Part shown: in pieces, positions 22,101-35,300 of the stretch
Position numbering within the stretch: position 1 is the stretch's first letter
How the letters are laid out: every line of letters starts with the position of its first letter
Assembly: GCA_004431415.1 (NCBI GenBank)
Contig: QPMI01000198.1
Span: 1-64,000, forward strand
Origin: Cyanophora paradoxa CCMP329
Lineage: Eukaryota > Plantae > Glaucophyta
Length of the DNA stretch: 64,000 nt
Direction of reading: 5' to 3'
Notes under the pieces: model-generated
Told to the model about the DNA's origin: nothing
Databases searched by the model: none
What the model saw: the letters and a program-made list of their open reading frames with translations, nothing else
Translations under genes and position numbers: made by a program

Positions 22101-24920
22101 GGCCGAGTGTGAGAGGTCCAGCGCCCGCAGCTGCGGCAGCCTGCGGCCGCACGCCTCTCATGATCAGAGGCCGCGGCGCCTCTGCCCAGGTCTAGCTGCC
22201 GCGAAAGCATGCACGTGACGTAAATCGCTGAAGCTCGCAGCGAGCTCCAACACTCTCTAACCCCGGTACCCTCCCCCTCCCCCGGGGGACCCTCCCTAGG
22301 GTACCGGTGCTAATATTATGAATCGGAGGTGCTGATCTTAGCCCTAGAAAGCCGCAAGCTTAACTTACTATAGCCCCACGTATATATATGCCGCACCTAA
22401 GCCCAACGATGGGGGCAAGAATCGATGCAGGCCGCAGAGCGTCGATGACAAGAGTGTTGCTGCCAAAATACAGACGTGAGCGGATTCGCGGGAGTCGAAT
22501 CGGATTGGGCTGAGCTCACGCGAGGTAGAGGCGCTGGAGGGTGGCGGCGGCGCCCGCGACGGCGCCCCGGAGCGCGTCGGAGGAGACGACGATGTCGGAG
22601 AGGTTGAGGGTGTGGAGGGACCGCAGCGGCGGCAGCTCCCGGACGACGAGCTGCGCGAGGAGTCGGGGGTCAGGGATACGGAGCCGGAGGGAGATACAGC
22701 CGGCGATCTAGATCTGTACATGCAGGGGAGTGCGGATGCAGAGCTCGAGCGGGCTCGATGACGTACAGTCTCCCACCTCGATATCGAGTAACGCATATGC
22801 GCCAACGAAAGCTGAGTGAGCCCAGGCGTCCGCAAAAGTAGCTGCGGGCGGGAAGCCGTGTCGGGAAGCCGCGGGCGGGTATGTGTTCAAAGAAATCGCA
22901 GGCTCGCGCCGCTGCGCACCTTTTGAATGAGATCGTTGACCTCCTTCGTATCGGCACCGCGCTTGCGAAAGCCTATGGCTAGGTCGCTAAGGCACAGCTT
23001 CCGGACGAGCTTGCCAGCATGTCGGCACTCCGGATCCACACGCGCGGCCTGCATTTCAGACACGACCAACGACATCTGGACTAGCCCTAGTAGCTGTTTG
23101 GCTAGCAGTGGGCCGCCGGTCGAATCCATGGGCTCAGTCAGATAGGCAAGCGACGTCGAAAATCGAAATCGAATACCGAAGCTCGAGATCGAAACCCTAG
23201 GTCTACTTACCCTACGGGCTTAAGATCACGAAAGATCAGAGGTGCGGGCCGTGCCCGGAGGCTCGCCCGTTCCCGCCACGGACTGGCCCTAAGGGAGAGG
23301 AATGCTGCCCGAGGGGGCCGGAACCCCAACGAGCCCCGGACCGGGAGACCGGTACCGGGCCTCCCCCGCTCCCGAAGGTGCGTAAGGTGGAGCCGCATCG
23401 CGCCGCGTCGGATCGAAGCTGGGGTACTGGGGCCATCGCAATCCGTGCGGATCGCCTGCGCGACGCCGCGCGCGCGAAATTAAATCAAATCAAATTTTTA
23501 AACGAAAGGGATCCGGAGCGCACTGGTGCCCAATGTGAGTGCTGCTCGCTGAAGAGCGCACAGAGGGATTGGGTGGCCTGCCAGAGCGGGGCGCGTGTAG
23601 ATCCATGCGAAACCCCGGCGAAGGGGCGCGCAGGACCCTGCGCGCGCGACGTCGGCGCTCGACCGCGAGCGCCGCTCAAGCTTAAAACTCATCGCGCGCG
23701 CGCGCGCTGCGCATGCGCGTACCTGAGCGCGGCCTCGGTCGGGGAAGGAGCTGCGCAACGCATCGCGGGTGCACTCGGCGCCGCCGCCGAAGCGGGCCTC
23801 TAGATCTGCGGAATTATAAGTGCCCAGAAAATCAGACGACGCGAACGACGCGACGTCGCGCGCGCGCGCGCTAGCGCTGCGCGGGGTGTGCTCACGAGGA
23901 CCGCGTGGCAGCTTCGACGAGTTCCTGCGCGGAGAAGCGCAAATCCCTGCGCAACGCATCGCGGGTGCACTCGTCGCTGCCGCCGAAGCGGGCCTCTAGA
24001 TCTGCGGAATTATAAGTGCCCAGAAAATCAGACGACGCGAACGACGCGACGTCGCGCGCGCGCGCTAGCGCTGCGCGGGGTGTGCTCACGAGGACCGCGT
24101 GGCAGCTTCGACGAGTTCCTGCGCGGAGAAGCGCAAATCCCCTAGGAGGGAGCGCCCTGCGCGGGGCCGAATTTTCCGGAGTCAGGGCGCGCGAGAATCA
24201 TATGCATGATCACCCTTCAGCACGCGAGCACGTGCGCGGGGCGGCGCGCGCGGGCGAAGCGAACCAGAACACGCCGCGCCCGGCCGCGGGCAGCGAAAAG
24301 CAGCTGCGGGCGGGAAGTGCACGTGCACGTGGTTATGAGAAGGCGATCAGCTGCCGTCTTCGCGATAGGGTCCTATTATTGAGCCGTGCTTTACCTTGTG
24401 AACGAGCTCTTCGACCAGCTTCGCATCACGTTCGACGCCGCGCACGAAGAGGCCGCTGAGGCAGAGCCTGCGAACGTGCTCACCCGCATGCCTGAAGCAC
24501 CACTCCAGGAGCGGAGCGCTGCATGCGTCTGCGGGCTACGGGGCGAAGTCAGCGAGCATGCGCATATCTAGATCTAGAAAATGAAAGCGGGCTCGCCCCG
24601 CGGCTGAGTTCGGGCTCCTCGAAGATCGCCGGCTGCCAGCAGAGACTTCGTAGCCGGAGAGAAGCTGCGCCGATCGAACGAACGAGCCCGAGAACGCCTT
24701 CCGTCCGCACGACATCGCGGTAGACGGCAAGCAAGATGTCGTCTGCGAGCGGCATATGCATGCGTGGTCAGCGGCGGCGGCCGCGGATCGACCGCGGCCT
24801 CGTGCATGCACCGGGAAGGCGCTCGAGGTCGGAGTCGCTCGCTTCGCCCGAGCGCGGGTGCTTCGCTGCGGCCGGAGCCTCAGAAGTCGGGTCATTCGCT
24901 TCGGCCTGCGTGCGCTTCAT
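19200..24920 (-). pseudogene. Decayed duplicate of the F-box/LRR/ankyrin gene (copy A)
   Basis: Homologous to 26662-32022: F-box LERLP/DDILLAVYRDV and ankyrins GRTALHYAV, GRTPLHVHA. It has lost many ankyrin repeats, carries a ~1.5 kb insertion (22750-24290) and has a degenerate 3' end. Confidence 0.75.
23751..24143. repeat. ~196-bp tandem duplication inside the insertion that interrupts copy A
   Basis: ctgcgcaacgcatcgcgggtgcactc...gagaagcgcaaatccct is present twice, near-identical. Confidence 0.88.
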
Positions 24921-25247
24921 TGCAACTTAAAGCGTTGCTCCGTGCGCCTCCTTAAGAGCAGTGCGGGCCAGGCATTCGCGCCGCCGGCCTCTAGCTGTAC
25001 CCCCACATGTTATCGCCCCCCCCCGCGACATCTTCTTCTTTCTCGCAACCTCGCGGATCAGCGATCTAATTGCGCTCCCAAAGTCCAACGAACGATCTCA
25101 CATGTACACCACCAGCCCCGCGCACAGTCGGTACAAGGCATACGCCGCTGTCCCGTCACCCTTAGCCTCCAGACCTGCGGAATCACTTGAAGCTTAGCTT
25201 GGAAGCTTAGCGGCATAAGCCGAGGCACTGCCCCGAAGGGAGCAGAG

Positions 25248-25685
25248 ATGGCCAGCCCGGAGGAGACCCCCGGCCGCGGCGCTCCGGCAGACGCATCTCC
25301 CTTCGACGTTGCTGCCGCATACGAGCACGCGAAAAGCTTGGAGCACGCTACGGGTGCATCTGCCGCCCATCCTGCAGCGGCCGAGGACGATGAGAGCGAA
25401 GACTCGCCGCCGTGCGTGGTGCCACTCTGCGGCCCGCGTAGCAGCCAGTGACGCGCCGCAGGGTCTTCAACTTCACGGCGAGGTACGTGCCGGCCCCCGC
25501 CCTGCTGGACGCCGGCTTCCTGGGTGCGCCCCACCCGCGCCGCCGTCGCGCGCCCTCGCTGACGGGAGAGGGGCAGCGGAGGCGCTGACGGAGGCGCGGG
25601 CGGAGGCGCTGCTGGCGGAGCCGCAGGAGCAGGCGCCCTCTGTGAACCTTAAGGTGGACAAGCTCTTCAGCATCACCGTCGAGGT
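25248..25685 (+). pseudogene. Truncated duplicate of the 5' end of the coiled-coil gene at 32341
   Basis: Near-identical to 32341-32770. It breaks after KLFSITVE into a GC satellite (25690-26070) related to 3660-3900. Confidence 0.8.
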
Positions 25686-26661
25686 GTACTAGATCTAGCG
25701 AGGGCGGGGGCGCTATGCAGCCGGCAACAAGCCCATCGGCCGCTGCCGCGGCTGGCCCAGGCGCGCGCGAACGCGCGGAGCGGAGACGCGGCGGGTGGTG
25801 GCGCGGCTCGCCGGGCGGGGCGGAGGCGCGGCGGGCTGCGGCGCGGTTCGCCGGGCGGGGCAAAGGCGCAGCGCTAGCGGGCGGCGGCGCGGCTCGGCGG
25901 GCGGGCAGAGGAGCGGCGGGCGGCGGCGCTGCTCGGCGGGCGGGGCGGAGGCGAGGCGGGTGGCGGCCGCCGGGCGCTGTTCGGCGGGCGGGGCGGCGGC
26001 ACGCCGGGCGGCGGCGCGGCTCGCCGGGCGGGGCGGAGGCGAGGCGGGCGGCGGCGTGGCGCCCAGGGTTTTTCGTTTCATTTCAATCTCGGTTCAGTTT
26101 CGCTGATGCGAGCTATTGAAGTCTGGCGGCCCAGGCAAAAGACTAGCGAGCGCTAGCTGCAGGCTGCAGCCTGCAGATGCCGTCTTCGTTTATTTAGACC
26201 CCACCTTGCACATGCTCATGATCAGACGAGCGGGGGGGGGGGGGGGGGGGGGGGGGGAGGCCTAGGGGGGGGGGGGGGCGACGATCGCGAGTCGAAGACC
26301 TAGTAACGTACCGGCCGGGCCTTGAACTCCGCGCAGCGGCGCCACCGCGGTCCCTCCGGCGCGATCGTCGTGTACATCATTTCATGTCGCAATGCGCATG
26401 CAGCGCTCCTTCTTCGGACCTCATATGCATGCATATGGCGGAACGGCCGAGCAAAGTCGGGAGAGGACAAGGGCCGCACTCGACCGATAGATCGAGCTCG
26501 ATCTTTTCGACGGTAGCCTACTCATGATCACTGTCGTCCAGCGTAGACCACAGCACTGCATGTGACAGCAGATGTGCTGCTAGTGGACAGCTAGCGCTAG
26601 CGAACATCACATGTCACGTCAATGAATTCAAGATTAAATCATCTGAACATGTACATGCACA

Positions 26662-29600
26662 CTACTCGTCCTCGAGGAGCATGGGGAACGGCGCGCAGTC
26701 GGGCAGCCGGGCAGAAACGTTCTCGAGGCTGTCAGCGTCCGACCTGGCCGAATAGCCAGAGCTCCCGCATGCATCGGCTGCGGGGGTGGCGGGAGCCAGC
26801 TGGCGGAGCAGCGGGATGCGGAAGACGAAGGCGGGGGCGGCGTCCAAGGGGCGGAGCCCGTTGGCGTCGCGCAGCTCGAGGGCGCCAGCGGCCGCCGGCC
26901 CCGCCCCGTGCATCGCTTCCATGAGCGCCTTCACGAGATCCCGCCGCCCGCCCTGCGCCCTCCTCAGCACGGGGTGGGCGGGGCCATATGCATGCGCCTC
27001 CGCCGAACGGGCGCCAACGCACCGGCACCCTGCACGCGACGTGCAGCGGCGTCGCCCCGAGGTTGTCCTGCATGCAGTGCACGGCCGCCTCCGCGCTGGT
27101 CCGGTGGGCCGCCACCAGCAGCGCCTTCGCAACATCGACCCGCCCGCCCTGCGCCGCCCCACGCGATCAGCCGAGAGCAGAGTCAGGCCGAGAAGCCCGC
27201 GCGTGCGCACCCCACAGGCGACGTGGAGGGGCGTCGCCCCGAGCCGGTCCTGCACGCAGAGCGCCGCAGCCGCCTGGGGAGACTCCAGCATCGCCCGCAG
27301 AAGGAGCCCCACGCTCCCGCCCTTCGCCGCGACGTGCAGCTGCGGCAGGCGGGGACGTTGTGAGGGGCAGCAACTGAGCAGAACCGGCGAGGGTGCATGA
27401 TTGGGAGTGCGCACGGGGGTGCGGCCGGCGGCGTCGAGGGCGAGCAGGTCGGAGGCGGCGACGAGGGCCCGCGCCAGTTCGCCGAAATCATTCCGCGAAT
27501 AAGCAGATGACTCTGCCCACGGCTTTCGCAGCGCGTAGACGTGAAGCGCCGTCTCCCCGCTCATGTTCTGCACCCGGGCCGCCGCTGGGCACGCCCGCAG
27601 CAGCTCAAGCACGATTTCGCGGTCGGTGTCGGAAAGACGGTCGCTCGTGATCAGGTGCAGCGCCCCGTTCCCCTCTGCGTCCTGCCTGCCATTGAGCCAA
27701 GGGCAAGCGGGCCCTGGGCCAACGCCGGCAGCTGCAGCTGGCCCACCTGAGCTGCCGCGTCCGAGTACGGGAGAAGCTTCCTCGCGACCTCGAAGCGGCC
27801 CCGGCGGCATGCGAGCATCAGAGGGGTGCGGCCTGCCGGGGCGTTACACGGCGAAGGTCTTGACAAGCCAGGCGGGGGATGCTTCGAGGCCACACGAACC
27901 CCTCCGGTTGCGGAGGGCGCAGGCGGCGCGGAGGTCGCCGACGGCGGCGAGGGCGTCCGCAACCGCGTCCTCCCGCAGCGTCGTCACCACCTGCCGCCCG
28001 CCCCGCCGCCCCTCAGCCCGTGGAGGACGAGCGGAGGCTGCAGACGAAGCAGCGCTGGCGGGCCGGCGCACGTAGTGGAGGAGCCCCATGCCGAACTCGT
28101 CGAGCGGCTCCGGGCGGGCGCCCTTCGCGACGAGCGTCTTCACGACGTCCCGCTGCCGCCAGTCGCGCTCAAACTTGTGATCGTTGTCGTCAGCCTCGGC
28201 TGGGCGGATGGCAAGGAAGACGGGCGACGGCTGGCCGAGAGGAGCGCGCTCCACGTCGATCCCAGGAACCTCGAGCAGCATTTCCACTGTGACCCAGTCC
28301 CGCGCTGCACGCGTGCCACAGGGGCGTCCTGCAGGAGTCGGATAAGCAAAATAAGTGGCGCAGGACGTGAGCAGGGGGTGGCGCACTGCCCGCCCTCGGT
28401 GGCTGCATTCACGTTGATGCCAGGCCGGCCCAGCAGGAGCTGCAGCCGAGCGTTTGAAAGACACACGAGCGGCGGAAGCATGCGATTAAAAGACAGATTA
28501 AGGCTGCCGCACTTTCACCACAGTGGATGGCTCTGATCGGTGGTCGTGGACGCCTCCATACGTTCCACGTCGACAACGGTTAGACCCGACAGCGAGGAAG
28601 AGCGGCGTGCGGCCGGCACAGTCTCGGATGTTGATGTCCACGTCCGCGTGCTCTGCGGGCGTCCTTTCAGCGAGGGGGCCGAGCCAACGCGGGAGCCCTG
28701 CGCACCAAGAAGCGCCGAAAGCATCATCATCGAGGTTGGTCGGAAGCCCTCGAAGTGCACGTCCTTCATGGGCCTGAGAAGTAGATGCAGCGCGGTAGAC
28801 CCTTCACAGTCTATGGCGTTCACATCGACACGACGATCGAGAAGCTCCGAAAAGATAGCGGCGTTGTCTTCGAAGTAGCCCATGACGGCGTAATGAAGGG
28901 CGGTGCGGCCGGCGTCGTCGCGGGCGGAGACATCGAGCTGCGGGTCTGCGAGTAGCATTTGCTGAGCGCTCACATTGTGGGCGCTGATCGCTTCCATTAG
29001 AAGCGTGCGGCCGTTGGTGCCGCGGGCGTTCGGGTCGGCCCCGGGGCGCGCGAGGAGGAAGGGGAGGAGCTCCGGCCGGTCGCTGCGCCGGCCCCGATTC
29101 TCCCAGTGTGCATTCTCCCCGACCGCGACATGCAGCGCAGCCGCCAACGCTTCGGGGTCTTCGATGACTCCCGCGTCCACGAGCGCCCAGATTGTCCCTG
29201 AGCTCACACTACGCAAGGCCTTCAGACGCTCGAGAGGGCTTCGCCCCTGTGCATCTGTGGCGCCGGGTCAAGGTGTCTGAAAAGCGGGCAGCGTGATAGC
29301 TATAGGCCCAGGCGGGGGGCTTGCGCACCCGTCGTGCGGAAGAGGCCCGGGTGAGCGCCTAGCAGTGCTCTGACGACCTCGCCGCAGGACGTGCGACACA
29401 ACGCAACAAAGAGGGCGTTGTCTCCGAAAGCGTCCTGCGGGGCAGCTGATTGTGAGTCCCCTTGACACAATGGGATCCAGGGCAGGGGAGAGGGTAACAG
29501 AATCCGCGCCTTCAGAAAGGGGTTGGCCCCGAGCCTGAGGAGGGATGAGACGGAGAACGCAGAGCCATGGTTGAACTTGGCGTGGATGTGCAGTGGCGTC

Positions 29601-32022
29601 TTCCCCAAGCGTGTCCGTGCGTTCACGAGCGGAGCAAGCCCTAGAGATCGCAACATCTGTGGAGGCGTTAACGTTCAGACGCCACAGTGTTGAAAAGCAG
29701 CGGCCGCCTAGCGCCTGGCCAGCGCATCGGACCTCAGCAAGCGCTTCAGGATCTTGAGGCAACTCGTGTGGATATCGATGGAACTCCAAGTGCAATGCTG
29801 TCGCGCCTCCCTCCTTCCCCATGCTGCCAACCCCGTCAAAAGGTACGCACGAGAAACAGGCAAATTCACACTTACTCCGGAGACGAAGGCGCTACCCGAG
29901 GAAAAAACGGAAACGGGCTTCCCTTCGCACGAAGAAGTGTGAGCGGCATCAACTCGTGGCCCCACCGTGGCCAAGGACGCAAGGGTGCGTACCCAGCGCT
30001 TGGCGGGGCTGGCGGCGAAGTGCGGGTGGGGGTGACAGACGGCGAGGGGGTCCGCGCCCAGCTCCTGGAGGCGCCGGGCGAACTTCAAGTTCCCCTTCCG
30101 GACAGCCTCTGCCGCGATCGCGAAGTGGGCTCCTGCGTGCGGTGGGGGCGGTGGCAGGAGGCGGGTGGGCGGACCGATGAGAGCGGTGCGGCCGCTGCCG
30201 TCACGGGCGTCAAGTCCCGCGCAGGCGTTCTTGGGGACCCGCCCAAGAGCGGCGAGGAACGCCACGCCACCAGCATCCTCCAGCAGGCACGCCCCCTCGT
30301 TCGAACTTGCTTTGAAGAGTGTCTGCTCCGCCTGCAGCGTTCCAGCCGCATTCAGACTGAGAGAGTGCGAGAGGGACGAGACTGGCACGCCTGGTTATGG
30401 AGCTCGCTGTCAAAGATCGCGAGCGCATCTCGCCTTTCGAGGCGAGAGCGCAACTTGGTGTACTTGGGCGAGGGCCATTCTGTCAACTGCACGAAGCTGC
30501 GTGGACGGGGTCGCGATCGAGCGGTCAACGATGAGGCCGGGCTAGGGCTTCGCGCTCCCGGGCTTCGCAGCCCGGGGCACCGAGCTAGCGATCGATCTTA
30601 AAAACACGTACCTGTCCCACTTCGCTTCCGTCATCCTCTCAGTTGGCGGAAGTTTGAGTCGCGCCTGCGTCCAACTTGAACACGAGCACAGCATGCGTAA
30701 CCACGGGCACAGTAGCCAGCTCCAGATTAGAGCAACGCATGGGCGCACGATGTATAGTTCGGTAAGCGACGGGTGCGCGTTGACGAACTCGACGAGCGCC
30801 TTGCAATTGGCCTCCACTATGGAATGTGAGAGGTCCAGCGCCCGCAGCTGCGGCAGCCTGCGGGGCCGCTTTCAGATCAGGGTCTCTTTCAAATCCAAAT
30901 GATGCACCTCAGCCCAGCGAGGGGGGTCAGGACCGATGTGCATGCGGGGGCGTTGCTGATGACCAGCGTGTTTCTGCCAAAGACACGCGCGTGAGTGAGT
31001 CGCGAGAGGCATATCGATTCGGGCGGCCGCGGGTCGCACGCGAGGTAGAGGCGCTGGAGGGTGGCGGCGGCGCCCGCGACGGCGCCCCGGAGCGCGTCGG
31101 ATGAGACGACGATGTCGGAGAGGTTCAGGGTGTGGAGGGACCGCAGCGGCGGCAGCTCCCGGACGATAATCTACGCAATGGCGCTGTCAGAAGAGCAGAC
31201 GTCGACGGAGGCGATGCCGACGAGGCGACGGATTACGCACAGGATCGCGTAATGAGCATAAGCTTACGTTGGGATCGCGTTCGTGCATACCCATCATCAA
31301 GGCCGCCCAAGAGTTGCCTCTCGCCTCATCAGTATCGTGCAGGCAACGCATGTGTGCCAACGAGAGGTGAGAGAGCGCCGGCGCCAGCGAAAGCAGCTGC
31401 GGGCGGGAAGTGCACGTGCACGTGGTTATGAGAAGGCGATCAGCTGCCGTCTTCGCGATAGGGTCCTATTATTGAGCCGTGCTTTACCTTGTGAACGAGC
31501 TCTTCGACCAGCTTCGCATCACGTTCGACGCCGCGCACGAAGAGGCCGCTGAGGCAGAGCCTGCGAACGTGCTCACCCGCATGCCTGAAGCACCACTCCA
31601 GGAGCGGAGCGCTGCATGCGTCTGCGGGCTACGGGGCGAAGTCAGCGAGCATGCGCATATCTAGATCTAGAAAATGAAAGCGGGCTCGCCCCGCGGCTGA
31701 GTTCGGGCTCCTCGAAGATCGCCGGTTGCCAGCAGAGACTTCGTAACCGGCGAGAAGCTGCGCCGACCGAACGAACGAGCCCGAGAACGCCTTCCGTCCG
31801 CACGACATCGCGGTAGACGGCGAGCAGGATGTCGTCTGCGAGCGGCATATGCATGCGTGGTCAGCGGCGGCGGCCGCGGATCGACCGCGGCCTCGTGCAT
31901 GCACCGGGAAGCCGCTCGAGGTCGGAGTCGCTTGCTTCGCCCGACCGCGGCTGCTTCGCCGAAGCGGGCTCGTCAGGAGTCGGGCCATTCACCTCGGTCT
32001 GCGTGCGCTTCCTCCGCAACAT
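26662..32022 (-). CDS. F-box + LRR + multi-ankyrin-repeat protein (copy B, apparently intact)
   Basis: MLRRKRTQTE...DLERLP/DDILLAVYRDV (F-box), LRR exons, and an in-frame splice from KWD into FVQLTEWPSPKY. Many ankyrin motifs follow (GRTALI, GKTPLHIHA, GRTLLMEAI, GRTALHYAV, GETALHVYA, GATPLHVAC). Confidence 0.75.
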
Positions 32023-32340
32023 CTTCAGACGCTGCTTGAAACGTTGCTCCGTGCGCTTCCTCGAGAGCAGAGCGGGGCCTTTCGAATTACGTCGCGCTGT
32101 ACCCCACACGAGTTATTCCCCCACGACTCTTTTTTGCACCCTCACAACCTCGCGGATCAGCGAGCTATCGCGCATCCATAGCTTCAGCGAGCGATTCCAG
32201 GCCACCAGCCCTGCGCACAAGCGGTTGCAGGCGTACGCCGCTGTTCCGTCACCCTTAGCCTCCAGACCTGCAGCATCACTTTCAGCTTAGCTTGGACGCT
32301 TAGCGGCATAAGCCGAGGCACTGCCCCGAAGGGAGCAGAG

Positions 32341-35300
32341 ATGTCCAGCCCGGAGGACACCCCCGGCGCTCCGGCAGACGCATCTCCCTTCGACGTTGCT
32401 GCCGCATACGAGCACGCGAAAAGCTTGGAGCACGCTACGGGTGCATCTGCCGCCCATCCTGCAGCGGCCGAGGACGATGAGAGCGAAGACTCGCCGCCGT
32501 GCGTGGTGCCACGCTGCGGCCCGCGCAGCAGCCAGTGACGCGCCGCAGGGTCTTCAACTTCACGGCGAGGTACGTGCCGGCCCCCGCCCTGCTGGACGCC
32601 GGCTTCCTGGGTGCGCCCCACCCGCGCCGCCGTCGCGCGCCCTCGCTGACGGGAGAGGGGCAGCGGAGGCGCTGACGGAGGCGCGGGCGGAGGCGCTGCT
32701 GGCGGAGCCGCAGGAGCAGGCGCCCTCTGTGAACCTTAAGGTGGACAAGCTCTTCAGCATCACCGTCGAGGGCGGGCCGCTGCAGGAGGCGATCGGGGCG
32801 CTTGGCTGGAAGTCCGAGGGCGTGCAGCGCGCCCTCCGCAGGCTCGCCGCCGAGGTCACCCGCCAGGCCCAGTCCGTCGGTGCGCGCGGCGGCGCGGGGG
32901 CGGCGGGGGCGGGGCGGGGCCCGACGGGCGGGGCGGCCGGCAGAGGCGTCGGTGCTGCTGGAGATGCAGCGCTTCGGGACGGCGAAGACGGAGGAGATGA
33001 TGTTCCACCTGGGGCGCCACGAGCGCCGCACGGCGCGCGCGCTCGCCAAGGTCGCCAACGACTGCGAGAAGCTCGTCACGCGGGAGGCGCGGACGCTGGG
33101 GGAGGTGCTGCAGCGGAGCGTGAACCGGGCGCACGACGACCTGCGGGAGCGGCTGCGGCTGCTGGACGGGAACGTGGCCAACCGGGCGACCATCGACCAG
33201 GTCGAGCGCCTCCGCTCCACCGTCGCCGTCGTCGCCTCCGGCGGCCCCGGCGGCGGTGGCGGCGGCGGCCCCGGCGACGCCGTCACCACCGAGCTGCTCT
33301 ACCGGTGCGGGGCCGCCCGGCGCCGCCCGTGCGGGGGCGGCGGGCCTGAGAGCGGGGGGCAGGCTGGAGGCGCTGGAGGCGAAGGTGGAGGCGGGGCTGG
33401 CGGGGCTGGCGAGGCGGGTGGAGGAGCGGCCGTTCGGGGCGCTGGAGGCGGTGCGGGAGAGCGTGGAGCGGGCGGCGGCGGCGGGGCGCTGGCGAGCGAG
33501 GAGGCGCACGTGCGGGCGATGGACGCCCTCGCGGCCGTCGACTCGGGCCTCGCCGCCGCCGGCATCGCCCTCCGCCACCGCATCGACTCCGCCGAGGCCG
33601 ACCCCGCCCCGACCCCGCCCCCGCCGCCCCGGGGCAGCCCGCCCACGCCCGCGCCGCCACGGCGACGGGGGCGGGGGCGGCGGGCCCGGGGCGGGGGACG
33701 ACGCCGGCGTCGCGGGCGGCGGCGGCGGAGCTGGCGGAGCAGTACGAGCGGCTGCGGGCGATGCAGGAGGAGCTGCGGCGCGGCTGGCGCGAGCTCGACG
33801 CCGCTCGCCCGCGCTCCGTCGCCGCCGCCTCCGCGGGGGCCGGCGGCCCCGCCCCGCTGCACTTCGAGTACGCCTTCGCGGGGGCGTCTCCCTCCCCGCG
33901 GGGGCCGCCACCGCCGAGCACTTCCCCCAGCCCGCCCCGCCCCGCGAGGGCCCCGCCCCGGGCTCGCCCCCTCGACCGCCCCCGACTCCCACCTCCCCGC
34001 CTCCCCGCACTCGCCCCGCCGCCACCCCGGGCGCCGCCCCCGCCCCCGTTCCCGCTCCGTCGGCCCCTGCCGGGGCAGCCCCGCCCCCACGCTCCACGTC
34101 CCGCAGGCGCCCGTGACGCTCGTGGCGCCGCCCTCGCCGGGGGCCCCGCCGGCCCCGCCCTCGCCCCGCTGCCCGGCACGTCGCGTCGGCCCTCGCTGGC
34201 GCCGGAGGGGCTGGCGCTGCGCCCGACGACGGCGCCGCGGCCGCTGGGCAACCCGATCCCGCCCTCGAGGCCCGCCCGGCCTCCTCCCTCGATCCCCTCC
34301 ACCCGTCCCCTGCCCCCGCCGGCCCCGTCGTCTCCTCCGCCGCCGTCGGTGCCCCGGGGCCCCCACGCGCCCCGCCGGCCCCGCGCGCCTGACGCCCCCG
34401 CAGAGGCGCTGGCCGCTGAGGTGCGGGAGCTGAAGGGCGCGCACGGGACCCTCGCCCGCGACTCCGACGCCCGCGTGCGCCGCGCTCGCCCCTCACCCCT
34501 TCGCTGCCGGCCGCCGCGGCTCACGGGCGGGGCGGGGCAGCTGCGGGGCCAGGAGGAGCGGCAGCGGGAGCTGGGGGACCTCATCCGCAAGTGGGGCGAC
34601 CTCGTCGCCCGCCACGAGGAGTGGCAGCGCCGCTGGGGCGATGCTCCCGCCGCCCTCCAGCGCGACACCGCCGTCCGCCCCCGCCCCCGCCCGCCCGCCG
34701 CCCGCCGCGCCGGCCGGGGCGAGCCGGGGCGCAGGCGCTGCAGGCGTGGGTGCGGAGCCACGAGGAGGAGAAGACGGCCGAGGGCGGGGCGCTCTCGGCG
34801 AAGGAGGGCGCCGCCATCGAGCAGCGCCTCGCCTCCCTCGCCGACTCCCAGAAGAAATGGGCCCGCCCCGCTCCCCCCGCCCCCCTCCGCCGCCCCCCCG
34901 CGCTGGGGGCCCTCTGAGCGGCGGGCGGCAGGAGGCGGCGATCACGGCGGTGGACGTGCGGCTGCTGGAGCTGGGGCGCGTCTCGGAGGGCCTGGAGCAG
35001 GTCCTCCAGACCAAGGCCGAGAAGGCCGAGCTCGAGGCCCTCGCCGAGCGCGCCCCGCCCCGCCTCGCCCCGCCCCGTCCTGCCGCTCACGCCGCCCCCG
35101 CGTAGGACCCTCGGCCAGTCCATGAACCAGATCCGCGGTCCGTCCTCCCCTCCCCTCGGCCCGCTGGGGCCGGCGCGCGAGCCGAGGCGGGGCGGGGCGG
35201 GGCGCAGAGACGCCGGACCTGAAGCGGACGCTGGAGCAGCACACCGCCCGCCTCGACGACCTCTACCGCGTCCGCACCCGCCCCCGCCCCCCGCCCCCGC

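Noticed and set aside
22750-24290. Assigning the insertion in copy A to a named transposon class
   Set aside because: No recognisable termini, TSD or enzyme motif.
26232-26280. Poly-G tracts (also 1846, 41090, 47695) as functional G-quadruplex elements
   Set aside because: Homopolymers are common here and their lengths are unreliable, with no independent support.
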